From contig NW_021832574.1 in assembly GCF_006345805.1 (NCBI RefSeq), forward strand, positions 1 through 60,455: a DNA stretch of 60,455 nt. The letters are read 5' to 3'. This document shows positions 12,380 through 25,404 of this stretch, one piece after another. A program made the position numbers and the translations under genes. The notes beneath the pieces were generated by a model. The model ran no database searches, was not told the origin of the DNA, and saw nothing but the letters and a program-made list of their open reading frames with translations. The first letter of the stretch is position 1, and every line of letters begins with the position of its first letter. This stretch comes from Octopus sinensis (lineage: Eukaryota).

Positions 12380-12846
12380 ATATGAGCATGTCTAGATATG
12401 CAACTATATGCATGAGAATACATACATAAAACATACATACATACATTCAAAAATACCCTGTTGTTGATGTTTAAATTCCAATGTAGGAGACTTGGATCTA
12501 GGTTAGAAACAAGTTCTTTCTCTATTGGCTAGAAATCTTAAAATAAACTGAATAATGACATACATACATACATACATACATACATACAAAAATCACTGTT
12601 GTTGATGTTGAAATTCGAATGAAGGAGCCTTGGATCTAGGTTAGAAACCGGTTCTTTCTCTATTGGCAAGAAATCTTAAAATAAACTGAATAATGACATA
12701 CATATATGCATACATACATACATACATACATACATACAAAAATCACTGTTGTTGATGTTGAAATTCGAATGAAGGAGCCTTGGATCTAGGTTAGAAACCG
12801 GTTCTTTCTCTATTGGCAAGAAATCTTAAAATAAACTGAATAATGA
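12380..12846 (+). mobile_element. 3' UTR fragments of an (ACAT)n-associated R4/Dong-like retroelement: three tandem ~110-bp terminal units
   Basis: Units at 12449-12558, 12588-12696 and 12738-12846 (the last two read as identical, period 150). Each ends AAATAAACTGAATAATGA followed by ACAT-type repeats. The same unit occurs at 39545-39650 and, inverted, at 17381-17490. Confidence 0.75.
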
Positions 12847-12918
12847 CATAGATAGATAGATAGAAAAACATAGATACATACATACATACATACATACATG
12901 GTGGCTGCCCCCTCGTTA

Positions 12919-12949
<31 letters not shown>

Positions 12950-13069
12950 ACTGCACTGTTACTTTCCTTCAGGTACACGCCGATGTTTCAAAATCTTCGA
13001 GATTCTTCAACTGGTGTTGTGACGTGTGTATGCATGCGTGCAACTGTAAATGTACGAGCGCTTGCGTAC

Positions 13070-13125
<56 letters not shown>

Positions 13126-13544
13126 TGTGTGTTTTGTGTGTGTGTGTGTGTTTACCGGTGTAAAGCAGTAAATCGAGTTGTGTTTCTTTACGCCAAAGGA
13201 TAAAACTTTAGTTATTCAACAGATAGACAGATATCGATAAAATAAAGGAAAGTATAACAGTATAATATTTGTGGAGGAGATATGATCGTCTTACATCCTT
13301 GAAGGTGATGTCCCAGCATGGCCGCAATTCACTTACCGAAATCAGTAAAAGAATAAAAGAATTGTGAGTGAAAGCACTGATAGAGATCTATTAAGAATTC
13401 TACGTTGCCATAGAAGATAATGAAGTTTCTTCTTCCATATTGCCAATCGCCTTTTCTGTCTTTTGAATAAGAAATTATGATTTCTCTAGCTTTGTATAAA
13501 ACCAATGAAAAAACTGTTTCTGTTGATGTAGTTACTGCTGTGAT

Positions 13545-13945
13545 TAGGTAGCGAGTTAGCAGAGTGGTTAGAGCGTCGGAAAAATATGCTTTGTAGAATT
13601 GCTTCCGGCTCATTACATACTGAGTTCAAATTCCTCCGAGGTCAACTTTATTTTTCATCCGTTCGGGATCAATAAAATAAGGTACTTGGGCCGATGGTAT
13701 AGATAAAACCTCTCCTTTCAAAGTTGCCGGAATAATTAAGGTGGCGAACTGGCAGAATCGTTAGCACATCTGAAAGAATACTTTGCGGTATTTCATTCGA
13801 CTCTTTTTATGTTCTGAGTTCAAATTCCGTGAGGTTAGCTTTGCTTTTCAGCCTTTCAGGGTCGATAAAATAAGTACCATTTGAGCACAGTCGATTTCCC
13901 CTCACCATTAATACTGCTGACCTTGTGTCAAAGTTTGAAACCATT
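13545..13945 (+). mobile_element. Two tandem SINE family B copies
   Basis: Heads at ~13548 and ~13738 with GTTCTGAGTTCAAATTCC B-box regions. Confidence 0.75.
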
Positions 13946-13946
13946 A

Positions 13947-16429
13947 CACTATGCAACAAGATTTTGTTGCAGAAAACCAAATTGGTGTCCCTAGCTAATT
14001 TCAGTATGCAGATTTCAAATCTATAATTAGAGTTTTTTCCATCACGTCTAGATTTTGCGTAAAATGCTTGTCACTTAGTAAAATTTCCTACCACATTCAG
14101 ATTTTGGTTTTAATCGGCTTAATGTCAGTAATATGAAACCTGCTTCTCAAGGTTAAAGCAATTTTTGTTTGCCAACTAAATACAAATTCTAACGATTTTG
14201 ATCAATACAATTTATCCCCAGTCGGCAATACTCATTAATCCAGAGCATAGTAACAGCCCAGCGGTCAGTCGCAATGTGACAGTCAAGCTGAGCGGTTGTT
14301 GTAGCTCTCTGCTAGTAAGCAAGTAACAAGCTGTGATAACTTGTGTGTTTTTATAGCATTTGTTTTGTACTACTGTGTGTATTTCTTTTTATTTTGTACA
14401 TCATAATTATTACTTTGTACGTTTTTTTACCCAGATATTGTATGGTAATTAAAATGCAATCAAATAGATGTGCTTCTGTAAATCACCAGACAATTTCTGC
14501 TCTATCTGTGGACAATATAAGCCACAACGTAGAAACATAACGACAAAAAATAAACTTGCCTACAAGTATTATTTTGACTGTAAGTTTGGAGAGCAAGAGG
14601 GACTGGGCACCACGTAATTGATGTACACAGTGCAATGCAATGTTAATAGATAGGATGAATGGTAAAAGAAAAGCTATACCGTTTTCAGTCCCCACGGTTT
14701 GGCATGAGTCGAAAAATCACTTCAATGATTGTTATTTTTGTTTGACAAAGATTGCTGGTTTCACAGAGAAAAACAAATCAAAAGTCATGTACCGAAACTG
14801 TGAACCAGCAATAAAACCAGTACCGTATGATGAAACAAATCCATTACCAGTTCCTCCAGCAACGACAACAGTTAGAAGTTCATCTGAAGATTCTGCTAGT
14901 GATATAGAAATAGGGAAAGATGGCGTATATGTTCTAGATGCAACTAGTTCCCCACATTTGTTAGTTCAAGCAGAGTTAAATGACTTAGCGTGCGATTTGG
15001 AATTACCAAGAGTAGGCAGAGTTGATTGGTTCCAGACTTCAAGAATAGAATTTTCTCCAACCAAACACCAAATTTTCTCATTTCCGCCATTGCTCATCTG
15101 TAGGTTTCATCGTTTTACTTACAGGAAGGAAACGTTCGTTTCTGACACGATATCAGTGGCCTGATGGAAAGGATTGGCTTTCGCTATGATCCAAAAGAAT
15201 GGAGACAGTTCATTGACTCTAGTAAAGCTTGACATAAAACTGTATTATTGCACAACGGCAATGATAAAAACTTCAATACCTGGCCTTAATGAGACTTATG
15301 AATCAAAGGAACTGCTGCTAAGACTCATCAAATATAAGAACCACATATGAAATATTTGTGATGACCTTGAAGTTGTATCATTACTTTTTGGGTTGTGCCT
15401 ATCGCTTGCAGACGTGACAAGAAGCACTATAAAAATTCATGTTTGGCCCTCAAGAACTGAACATATTGGCAAACACAATGTGAAACACCCAGCGCTCATT
15501 GATCCCCAGAAAGTATATCTTCCACCACTTCACATTAAACTTGGCCTTATGAAAAATTTCGAGGAGAGTACGATCATCAAGGTAGTGGTTTTCAATATTT
15601 AAAGGTTAAATTCAAAGGAACTTTGACAGATGTTTAGCTAGAAGCTGGAGTTTTCATTGGACCACAGATTCATAGTGTCATCCATGACTCATCGTTTCCA
15701 TTTAATCGAAATGAAAATGAACTAGGAACATGGATATCTTTTGTTGAAGTTGTCAAAATTTTCTTGGAAACCACAAAGCTGAAAACCATTGTGAACTCGT
15801 AGAAAAACATGCTTAAATTTTATGAAAAAATGGGATGCAGAATGTCTTTGAAAATGCAGTATTTTTTACATTGTCATCTTGACTTCTTTCCGGCCAACCT
15901 TAGGGCTAGGAGTGACGAGCAAGGTGAACGCTTCCATCGACAGATCTCAGTTATGGAAAACAGATACCAAGGTAATTTCAACCCAGATAGGATTGGAGAT
16001 TATTGTTGGTTCCTGCAGAAGGAGAGCTTGTCATCCTACTAGTGCCAAAGGGAGAGGAAACACCAAAGTTTTACTTACAAACAGGAAGTTGCTTTCTAGT
16101 AGTAACAACAACATACTAGCACTCTTTGGGTGGATGGCTGGGTGTAGGAGTGGTAATTCCGCCAGCGGTATTCCACTGCCAGGATATAAGAAGTAAGACA
16201 TCCCGGTTCACTAAGTATTTAACATGAAATGTGGCACAGAAAAGTAACTTAGACGGCTTTCGTAATAGAAGCGGATGAGAAAAATGAGAAGTAGGGGTTT
16301 TAGGTTACACAAAATCTGGACGTGATAGAGAAATTTAGAGATCAGATCTGAAATTAGCAACATAAATTTGGTAGGAATCAGTAGCTTACGTGCCTGTAAT
16401 AAAAATAAGTTGAAATTTGCGGCCTGGTG
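13947..16429 (+). mobile_element. Chapaev3-like (CMC superfamily) DNA transposon, 2483 bp
   Basis: CAC...GTG termini; TTA duplication at 13944-13946 and 16430-16432; subterminal inverted repeat ATCACGTC(T/C)AGATTTTG(C/T)GTAA near both ends; transposase remnants inside. Confidence 0.75.
14454..16080 (+). pseudogene. Chapaev3-type transposase pseudogene
   Basis: PFSVPTVWHESKNHFNDCYFCLT, YLPPLHIKLGLMKNF, GCRMSLKMQYFLHCHLDFFPANL..SDEQGERFHRQISVMENRYQG..DYCWFL; frameshifted. Confidence 0.8.
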
Positions 16430-17072
16430 TTATTATTATGATTTAGTCCCAGGTCAAACTTGAATGATTCTTTGATTAAATGCAGTCCAGCAACAATCAG
16501 CTCGTCTGTTTAGTGTTATCTTGAACTACATCGTTTAATGTGTCATTTCCTTTTTAAAGACGATGGAAGAGAGGATAGGATGATTTAAGGGAGTTATTGT
16601 TGCTATTTCCAGTATCTTGAGTGACCACATAGAGACTCTCTTAGAAACAGAACAAATAACGCTAGGCATTCTATCCAACGCGCTAACAACTCTGCCAATT
16701 TGCTACTGTAATATATTTGCTTATGATTTCAGAATAAACTACGAAAGTTATATCGAGTTTTTAGTTGACTTGGAGAAATCAGGCCAACAGCGTTCAACTG
16801 TTACAAATATGAAGTTTTAACAATAACATAAAGCGGATAAAACAAATATAATTTACAGTATGGCTACATAGGTAATAAATTAGTGGAAACAGTTGTAATC
16901 TTTAGAAAATAAGTGAGATCTTTACGTTTTATTCTCTTTCTCTCTTTCTCACACACAAGGAAGTATTTTTCTTTTAAAACTATTTTAAGTCTAATTTTCA
17001 CTGCTCCTCCCTTCGATTGTATTAAGAAAATTCGAATCAGTTTGCTATGTTCTATTTTTGGAGAACTCAAAG

Positions 17073-17164
17073 TATGTATGTATGTATGTATGTATGTATG
17101 TATGTATGTATGTATGTATGTATGTATGTATGTATGTATGTATGTATGTATGTATGCATGTATG

Positions 17165-17196
<32 letters not shown>

Positions 17197-17380
17197 CATG
17201 TATGTATGTATGTATGTATGTATGTATGTATGTATGTATGTATGTATTTATGTATTATGTATGTATGGCATGTATGTATGTATGTATGTATGTATTTATG
17301 TATTATGTATGTATGGTATGTATGTATGTATGTATGTATGTATGTATTTATGTAGTATGTATGTATGGTATGTATGTATG
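17073..17380. repeat. (TATG)n array
   Basis: Read directly. Confidence 0.95.
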
Positions 17381-17667
17381 TCATTATTCAGGTTTATTTC
17401 ACGATTTCTTACCAATAGCGAAAGAGCCGCTTTCCAACAGATCGAATGTTCCTTCATTGGAACTTCAACTACATCAACAGAATATTTTTGTATGTATGTA
17501 TGTATGTATGTATGTATGTATGTATGTATGTATGTATACGTGCAAATGCATATGTTTTGTTTTATGTATTCCCATGCATATAGTTGCATATCTAAACATG
17601 TTCATATATACTTAAATGACAAACTTCTGGAAAGTTTTACAGACTTTTACAGTTCCAGTGATGAAAC
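17381..17667 (-). mobile_element. 5'-truncated R4/Dong-like retroelement: ORF end, 3' UTR, internal (ACAT)n, terminal unit
   Basis: Minus strand encodes ITGTVKVCKTFQKFVI*, then ~90 bp UTR, (ACAT)n and the ~110-bp terminal unit. ACAT-type repeats flank both sides. Confidence 0.7.
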
Positions 17668-17906
17668 TATATATATATGTATGTATGCATGTATGTATGC
17701 TTGTATGTATGTATGTATGTTTGTATGCATGTATGCAAGCATATATGTATATTTGTGTGTGTGTGTGTGTGTGTAGTGGGTCATGTCGACTTCACTTGAG
17801 TGATACTTCATTTTACCGACCCAAGAAAAATAGAAGGTAAAGTTGACCTCGATGGGATTTGAGCCAAAAAGTCTATAAAGAATCGCAACATAGAAATATA
17901 ATATCA

Positions 17907-18298
17907 CTAGCAGTATCGCCCGGCGTTGCGCGGGTTCGTTTTGACCCTTTAAAATTAGAATTTTTGAAAAGTAAAAATTCTGCATTATGTAGCTTGTTAT
18001 TCTCTTTAAATGAACATTTTTCTGGTTGAAATACACCGAAAAATGGCGATACAGCAGTCAAAAAATCGGAAAAAATAGGGATTTTCATAGAAAAAAAGCA
18101 CCTTTTTGATGTAAATAATTTTTGGTGTTAACATGGTCCAAATGTAATTTTTTCTTATACGGAAGGAAGAGCAAGCCTTCTTCTATCATACTCTCAATTT
18201 TGGTCAACTTGCGCCGCAGGGTCTCAGAGGAGATAGTGTTAGTTGAAGGCTACCAAACCTGCCGCACACAGACAACTTCAGCTTTATATAGAGAGAGA
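17907..18298 (-). mobile_element. Non-autonomous Helitron, family A
   Basis: Minus strand A|TC...CCCGCGCAACGCCGGG hairpin...CTAG|T; inserted between A and T with no TSD. Confidence 0.8.
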
Positions 18299-18384
18299 TT
18301 ATTATAACTTTTGTGAAATCTGCGTATGTCGTGAAACTTCTGGTTTATTTCGCACGCCCCCTTTACTCTCGCTCTGTTCCTCTG

Positions 18385-18835
18385 AATGTATGTATGTATG
18401 TATATATGTATGTATGTGTGTGTGTGTGTATGTATGAGTGTGTGTATGTATGTATGTATGTATGTATGTATGTATGTATGTATGTGTGTATGTATGTGTG
18501 TATGTATGTATGTATGCATGTATGTATGTATATATGTATGTATGTATATATGTATGTATTTTGTATGTATGTATGTATGTATGTATGTATGTATGTATGT
18601 TTGTATGTATGTATGTATGTATGTATGTATGTATGCATGCATGTATGTATGTATGTATGTATTTTGTATGTATGTATGTATGTATGTATATATGTATGTA
18701 TTTTGTATGTATGTATGTAATGTATGTATGTGTGTATGTGTGTATGTATGCATGCATGTATGTATGTATGTATGTATGTATGTGTGTATGTGTGTATGTG
18801 TGTATGTGTGTATGTGGTGTATGTATGCATGCATG
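18385..18835. repeat. (TATG)n/(TG)n array
   Basis: Read directly. Confidence 0.95.
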
Positions 18836-19559
18836 CGTGTGTTTCTTTGTTTACTTTTACCCCAGTCTAAAATAAAACAACGTTGTTTATATTTTGTTCC
18901 TTTAAGTTTCATAAATTAACAGCAAGCATTCAGATCCGGCCCCTGTTTCGAGAACAGCTCCCTTTTTTTTAACCAACAGTATTGTTATCTCCTTTTCATC
19001 TCATTCCCAAAATGGATCATAAACATGTCCCCTCCCCTCCTGACTAAGCACCCCCACCATAACCCAAAAACAAAACAAACACGCCAAAAGCGTAAAAGGT
19101 ACAGTTGCTGTGAGATAAAGATTTGCTGGTTAGAGATTTCAAACTATTTACCCTCATGGATATTTAAATGGTGAACTGGAATTGACTTTAAGTACTAAAT
19201 ATCACAATGATTTGAGAGAGAGAACGAGAAAGAGAGGGAGACAGGGAGAGAGAGAGGGAAAATAAAAATTAAAACATAGAAGAAATGTTCTTGACGCATG
19301 TAATATTTGAAGGAGATTTTGCTGATAATTAAAGTGGTACAAAATCACCTGACATTCTTAGCAGACCAAAGTCAAATATTCTGAAGAAATACACAAGGAA
19401 TGTCAAGGGTTTTTGACCTGATTATATAAAACTATCTAGTGTTAACAGGTTAGCTTCAAATCAGACGCCATATTGGTTTACACACGACTCGATTATAAAA
19501 TCTGATTCCAAAGAAGAAAAAGCAAAAGGGCACAGGTGTGAGGGAAGGGAATGGGTGTT

Positions 19560-20110
19560 AGGCGATTAAATGAAGTACCCCCCCTACAGCTTGAGTGACC
19601 CAGGAAGAAAGAATGGCAAATTTGATCCCGCTGGAATTTGAACTGAGAATGTAATGAATCGGGAGCCGTAAGGAATTTTGTCCGACAATCTATCGATCCC
19701 GCCAAGTCACCGTCCTTAATAATTCTTTCACATTTTAGCAGACGGCCAGCAATCTGAAGAGAAGGGAGCAGTTGAGTACATTGAGTACATTGGACCTCAT
19801 TGCTTGACTGGTACTCTAGGATGAAATCCAAATTTGACATGGGCAGGATTTGAACTCAGAAGTTTTAAAAGCCAGAAGCGCAATAACAACAATAATTCTT
19901 TTAAATTTTGGCACAAGGCCAGCAATTTTGAGAGAAGATGGTAAGTTGATTACATCGACTCCAGTACGTGACTCATACCTTATTTTATCGATACCGAAAG
20001 AATGAAAGGCAAAGTCGACCTCGTCGGCATTTGAACTCAGAACGTCAAACCCTAAGAAATGCCGCTAAGCATTTTGTCCGTCGCGCTAACGAGTCTGCCA
20101 GCTCATTGCC
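19560..20110 (-). mobile_element. Cluster of SINE family B copies
   Basis: Repeated GGAATTTGAACTCAGAA and GCCAGC head complements. Confidence 0.7.
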
Positions 20111-20540
20111 CGATGGCTGTTGAATAATATTTAGTAAGAAGTTGTCTCAAAGAATTTTTTCTTGAAATACATATTCTTTTACAGGTTAAAGTCACTGGAC
20201 GTCTGGAGAGGTTTTATTCGATCAAAGCGACTGTAGGGTTCTCTAATAGATTAGTAGATCAGACCATAAGACAACACGAGGAAAAAAATTCCCGAAAATG
20301 TTACATAGACGTAGCGGTTCGAGTGCTAGATTTCGACAAAATTGTAATCTTCTATCGACCTATGGCTATAGTAGAAGACGCTTGTCCAAGGTGCCAGGCA
20401 GTGGGACTAAACCCAAAGTCAAGTGGCTGCAAGGTGATCTTACCCAAACAGCCTACTTAAGGAATTTGTGCCACCGAGTTTAATGTGGTGCAATTGAATC
20501 CATCCTTATATCAGTTCACACACACATTCTTTCACATGTT

Positions 20541-20721
20541 TCAGTCATTTGACTGCGGCCATGATGGATCACCACCTTGAATGGTTTTAGTCGAGCAAAT
20601 CGACCCCAGGACTTATTCTAAGCCTAGTACTTATTCTATCTATCACTATTGCTGAACAGCTAAGTTACGGGAACATGAACAGACCAACACCGGTTGTCAA
20701 ACGATGATAGGGTGACAAACG

Positions 20722-20758
<37 letters not shown>

Positions 20759-20905
20759 CACGGGTTTCTTTCAGTTTGTATCTACCAAATCCACCCACAA
20801 GGCTTTTGTTAGCTCGAGTCTATAGAAGAAGACACTTGCGCAAGGTGCCAGGCAGTGGGACTGAACCTGAAACCATATGGTTGAGAAGCAAGCTTGTTAC
20901 CACAC
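20541..20905 (-). mobile_element. SINE family A (diverged)
   Basis: Colinear with 858-1266. Confidence 0.8.
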
Positions 20906-21329
20906 GCATGCCTATATATGTATTATTTTTTTGCTTCAGTCATTAGATGGTGGCTATGCTGAGGCACGGCTTTCTGAAGGGGTTTGCCGAACCAATTGAC
21001 ACAGAACTTATTTTAAGTTTGGCACTTGTTCTACCGGTCTTTTTTTTTTCTTTTACCAAAACCCTAAGTAATGGGAATGTAAACAAATCCTTGTCGGTTG
21101 TCAAACCGTAGAGCTACAAACACAGTCACACACACGGACAAAATCGCACACATACATACGCGCGTGCATGCCTCCACATTTACTCACAACGCATTAGTCG
21201 ACCCGGGGATGTAGTAGACACTTGCCGAAATAGCGCCCAGCGGGACTGAAGCACCTCAAAGCCCTTTGGTTTCAAAACAACTTTCTGACCACTCAGCCTT
21301 GCCTATCTATCTATATATCTATCTATCTA

Positions 21330-21384
<55 letters not shown>

Positions 21385-21401
21385 ATGTATATGTATGTAT
21401 G

Positions 21402-21438
<37 letters not shown>

Positions 21439-21679
21439 ATATATATATATATATTATATATATATATATATATATATGTTAATGTTTGCTTTTATGTTAT
21501 AATAAAATATTACATATAATTGAACGATTACTCAATACATTTGGTAGAGTATGAATTTATTATTCTTTAACAAGAATTGTATTGACAGTGACATCGAAGT
21601 TTCGGCCACCTAAGCTATCATCAGAGTATATATATATACACACACACACATATATATACATATATACATATATACATAT

Positions 21680-21713
<34 letters not shown>

Positions 21714-21771
21714 AAATTTTTTGTATACACATTATCGATTCCCTAAATCATCCATAGATTTTTATGGTGAA

Positions 21772-22144
21772 CTAGCAGTATCGCCCGGCGTTGCTCGGGT
21801 TTGTAAGGGAAATAACTATATAAGCATTTTTAGAGAGTTATAGCCAAAAAATAGCAAAAAAATGCATTAAAAATGGAAAAAAAATGATGGTAAATTTTTT
21901 TAAAAATCATTGACCCATCGTAGACATTTTAGAGAGTTACTTCCCTTATATAATAGCGAAAAAAATGCATTAAAATGGAAGAAAATGATGGTAAATTTTT
22001 TTTTAAATCGTAGACTCATCGTAGACGCGCACTAATACTCAGAAAGGCTCGATATGAATCACGACTATAAGATACCCGAATTTGGTTAAACTGCACCGCA
22101 AAATGTAGGAGACAGACACACAACTTGACTTTTATATATAAAGA
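21772..22144 (-). mobile_element. Non-autonomous Helitron sharing the family A 3' end
   Basis: ACTAGCAGTATCGCCCGGCGTTGC(T/G)CGGG is shared with 17906; 5' end A|TCTTTATATATAAAAG; internal ~100-bp tandem duplication. Confidence 0.8.
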
Positions 22145-22196
22145 TATATATGTATTGACAGAGAATTAAGTCCGGAATCAGCCGACTCGAACAGTG

Positions 22197-22245
22197 CCTA
22201 TTGATGAGGCTACGGAATTAGCCGAAACAGACCGATCAGTATAGG
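22197..22245 (+). ncRNA. Minimal type I hammerhead ribozyme motif (C3U variant)
   Basis: CCTA-TTGATGA-GGCTA cggaat TAGCC-GAAAC agaccgatca GTA-TAGG: 4-bp stem I, 5-bp stem II, minimal stem III and a GUA cleavage triplet. Confidence 0.65.
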
Positions 22246-22440
22246 GAATTCTCGACCGGTGTCTTCGAGCGATTACAGTCGTTGTCTGTACATATGTGTA
22301 TACAATTATGTGCTTTAACTATAGCATTAGAGCTTTTAGCTCTTATTTCTAGCAACGTAGGTGTTCTAGCACTCAATTCATATTTAATGACAATTATAGA
22401 TTCCTCTTTGGTAACACATTGCACACAGCTGTCTTTATAA

Positions 22441-22474
<34 letters not shown>

Positions 22475-22519
22475 AATATATATATATATATATATTATCT
22501 ATCTATCTATCTATCTATC

Positions 22520-22587
<68 letters not shown>

Positions 22588-22726
22588 CTATCTATCTATC
22601 TATCTATCTATATATATCTATCTATCTATATATAATATATATATAAATATACACATACATACTACATATATATATCTATATATATATATATATATATTAT
22701 ATACATCATAACATATATACATATAT

Positions 22727-22770
<44 letters not shown>

Positions 22771-22807
22771 TATATATATTATATATATATATATACTATA
22801 TGTATAT

Positions 22808-22872
<65 letters not shown>

Positions 22873-23231
22873 CATATATTGTGTGTGTGTGCCATATATG
22901 ATTAATGTATAAATTCATACAATTCTTCGCTTACACACAGAAATTTGATATATATATAAATATATGATAGAAATAATGACTTATATACATATATTTATTC
23001 ATTTAATGTAGTCTTACACGCGCGCGCACTCTCACACACACACACACACACAGACAGACAGACAGACAGACAGATAGACACACACACACACCTCTGTGAG
23101 CTAGATTTCCGTAAGAATCCTACGAAAAATTTAAGCTGCATATACCGAATGAAACTTTTTAAATAAGTAACTCCTGAATGTGTTGTGTGCCTCTTTCTTT
23201 CGTTTCCCCACTCGCTCGCATGTGTGTATGT

Positions 23232-23277
<46 letters not shown>

Positions 23278-23362
23278 ATGTTTGTGTGTATATATATATG
23301 CATATATATATAAGTATATATGAATATACATGTAAATGTATATATACACATACATACATACA

Positions 23363-23395
<33 letters not shown>

Positions 23396-23519
23396 GTGTG
23401 TGTGTGTGTATGTGTGTGTGTGTGTGTGTGTGTATCAATAGTTATCGCCAGTAGTTATCCAGTACCGTTGCCGTAGTCTCCTTTAGTGAGATTTAGAAAT
23501 ATATATATATATATATATA

Positions 23520-24417
23520 TGAGGTCGTATCAAAAAATTCCCGGACTAGTTCTGTAGCGTGCCAAGAGATGGCAGCACACGATTGCACGCACTGTGAGAG
23601 CTAGCAGTGACCTTCAGTGCGTCATGTGACATCGCTGTGTTTACTATGCAAGGAGTGAAATTTTTGTTACCACATGTATGCTGTGCTCTGCAATTTTTGT
23701 CACGGACAGGAAGTTGGAACAAGGAGCGAACCTGAAATTTTGCGTCAAACTTAGGAAGTATGCTACAGAAGCATTGAGCATGCTCGAGCAAGCTTACGGC
23801 GACGAGGCAATGGGTCGTACGCAATGATTCGTGTGGCATGGGCGCTTCAAAAGTGCAAGAACGTCACTGGAAGACGATAAGCGATCTGCAAGACTTGCCT
23901 CAAGTCTTGCAGATGTGGAGAAAATTCAGCAGCTTGTGCACAAGGATTGTTGGAGTAAAGCAACGACGTTTTGAAGCGTTTGAGTGGGGAAACTCGGCAA
24001 AAGCGAGCGGATCCGTGGGCTGCGAAGAATTGGATTTTTCACGACGACAATGCATCCTTTCACCAAACTCTCCTCACGTGTGAGTTTGTTGCCCCAAACA
24101 ACATAGTATCCTTTCCACACTCACCCTATTCACAAGATTTATTACTTGCGGATTTCCATTTCGTCCACAAGATGAAAATGCAGCTCAAAGATCGTCATTT
24201 TAACACCGATGTCGAAATTCAGGGCAAATCGCAGACGATCTTTGACTAGCTGGAGGAAAACGGCTTCCAGGCTGAATTCCAAAAGCGGCAGGAATGCTGG
24301 GACAAGTGTATTGCTGTGCAAGGTGACTATTTCGAAGGATATGATCCTAAAACTTTGGTAAATAAGTTTTTTTTTTATTAACATGGCTAGTCCGGAAAAT
24401 TTTTGATACCACCCCTC

Positions 24418-24418
<1 letters not shown>
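23520..24418 (+). mobile_element. Internally deleted mariner (irritans-like), ~900 bp
   Basis: ~30-bp TIRs (T/C)GAGG..GTATCAAAAA.T..CCGGACTAG; TA flanks within (TA)n; LEQGANLKFCVKL, WIFHDDNASFH, FPHSPYSQDLLLADF. Confidence 0.9.
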
Positions 24419-24475
<57 letters not shown>

Positions 24476-24589
24476 ATATAATATATATATATTATATATA
24501 TATGAGCCTATATGCTTTAACGCGTATAACTCTCTACATATATATAAATGATGATTACCTCATCTTGTCAGATGATTAGTTTCAGAATA

Positions 24590-25360
24590 CACTTTCACAA
24601 AAGTTGTGCATGAGTACATCCGGTGCAAGTCGTAAGTGGTGTGGAGAAGAGGGGTCAGTTTATGTGCCTATGGCAAAAGAAAATCGTTCGATGTGTGCAA
24701 AGCGCTTGCTAAAGAAGTTAAAAATACCAAGAGGCTTTGATTTTTCTCTGATGAGAATAACTTCGATCAGGACCAAAAGGCAAAACGAAAGAACGACAGA
24801 TGGTATGCAGAGAGCCGAATAAGGATCCAACAGTCATGGATACTAAATTCCAAGCAACTGTAATGGTTCTGGAAGTCGTGAGCAACGATGGAGATGTCAT
24901 GCCTCCTCCCTTTTTTTCACAGGGCTTAAGAGTCAATGCTGTTATTTACACAGTAGTAATGGAGAAAGTGCTGTGCATCAGAAGACCGTTGCGTCTTCCA
25001 ATATGACTCTGTACCCATTTCTTTATTACATACAAGGGGCTAAACATAGAGGGGACAAACAAAGACAGACATAGGTATTAAGTCGATTACATCGACCCCA
25101 GTGCGATGAAAGGTAAAGTGGACCTCGGCGGAATTTGAACTCAGAACGTAACGGCAGACAAAATACCTTAAGCATTTCGCCCGGCGCGCTAACGTTTCCG
25201 CCAGCTCGCCGCCTTAACAGATGACTCTGTACCGTTTCATTACGGCTAGGACAACCTGAGCGTGGATGAGTGCCAATCTCCATGATTATGTTTTCCTAGA
25301 CACATGGCCCCTTAGCGTATCAGACAGCAATCCATTGGACTATTACGTATGGGGCGTAGT

Positions 25361-25404
<44 letters not shown>

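Noticed and set aside
12449-12846. CRISPR-like repeat-spacer appearance
   Set aside because: Eukaryotic context; the repeats are ~110 bp and the spacers are microsatellite.
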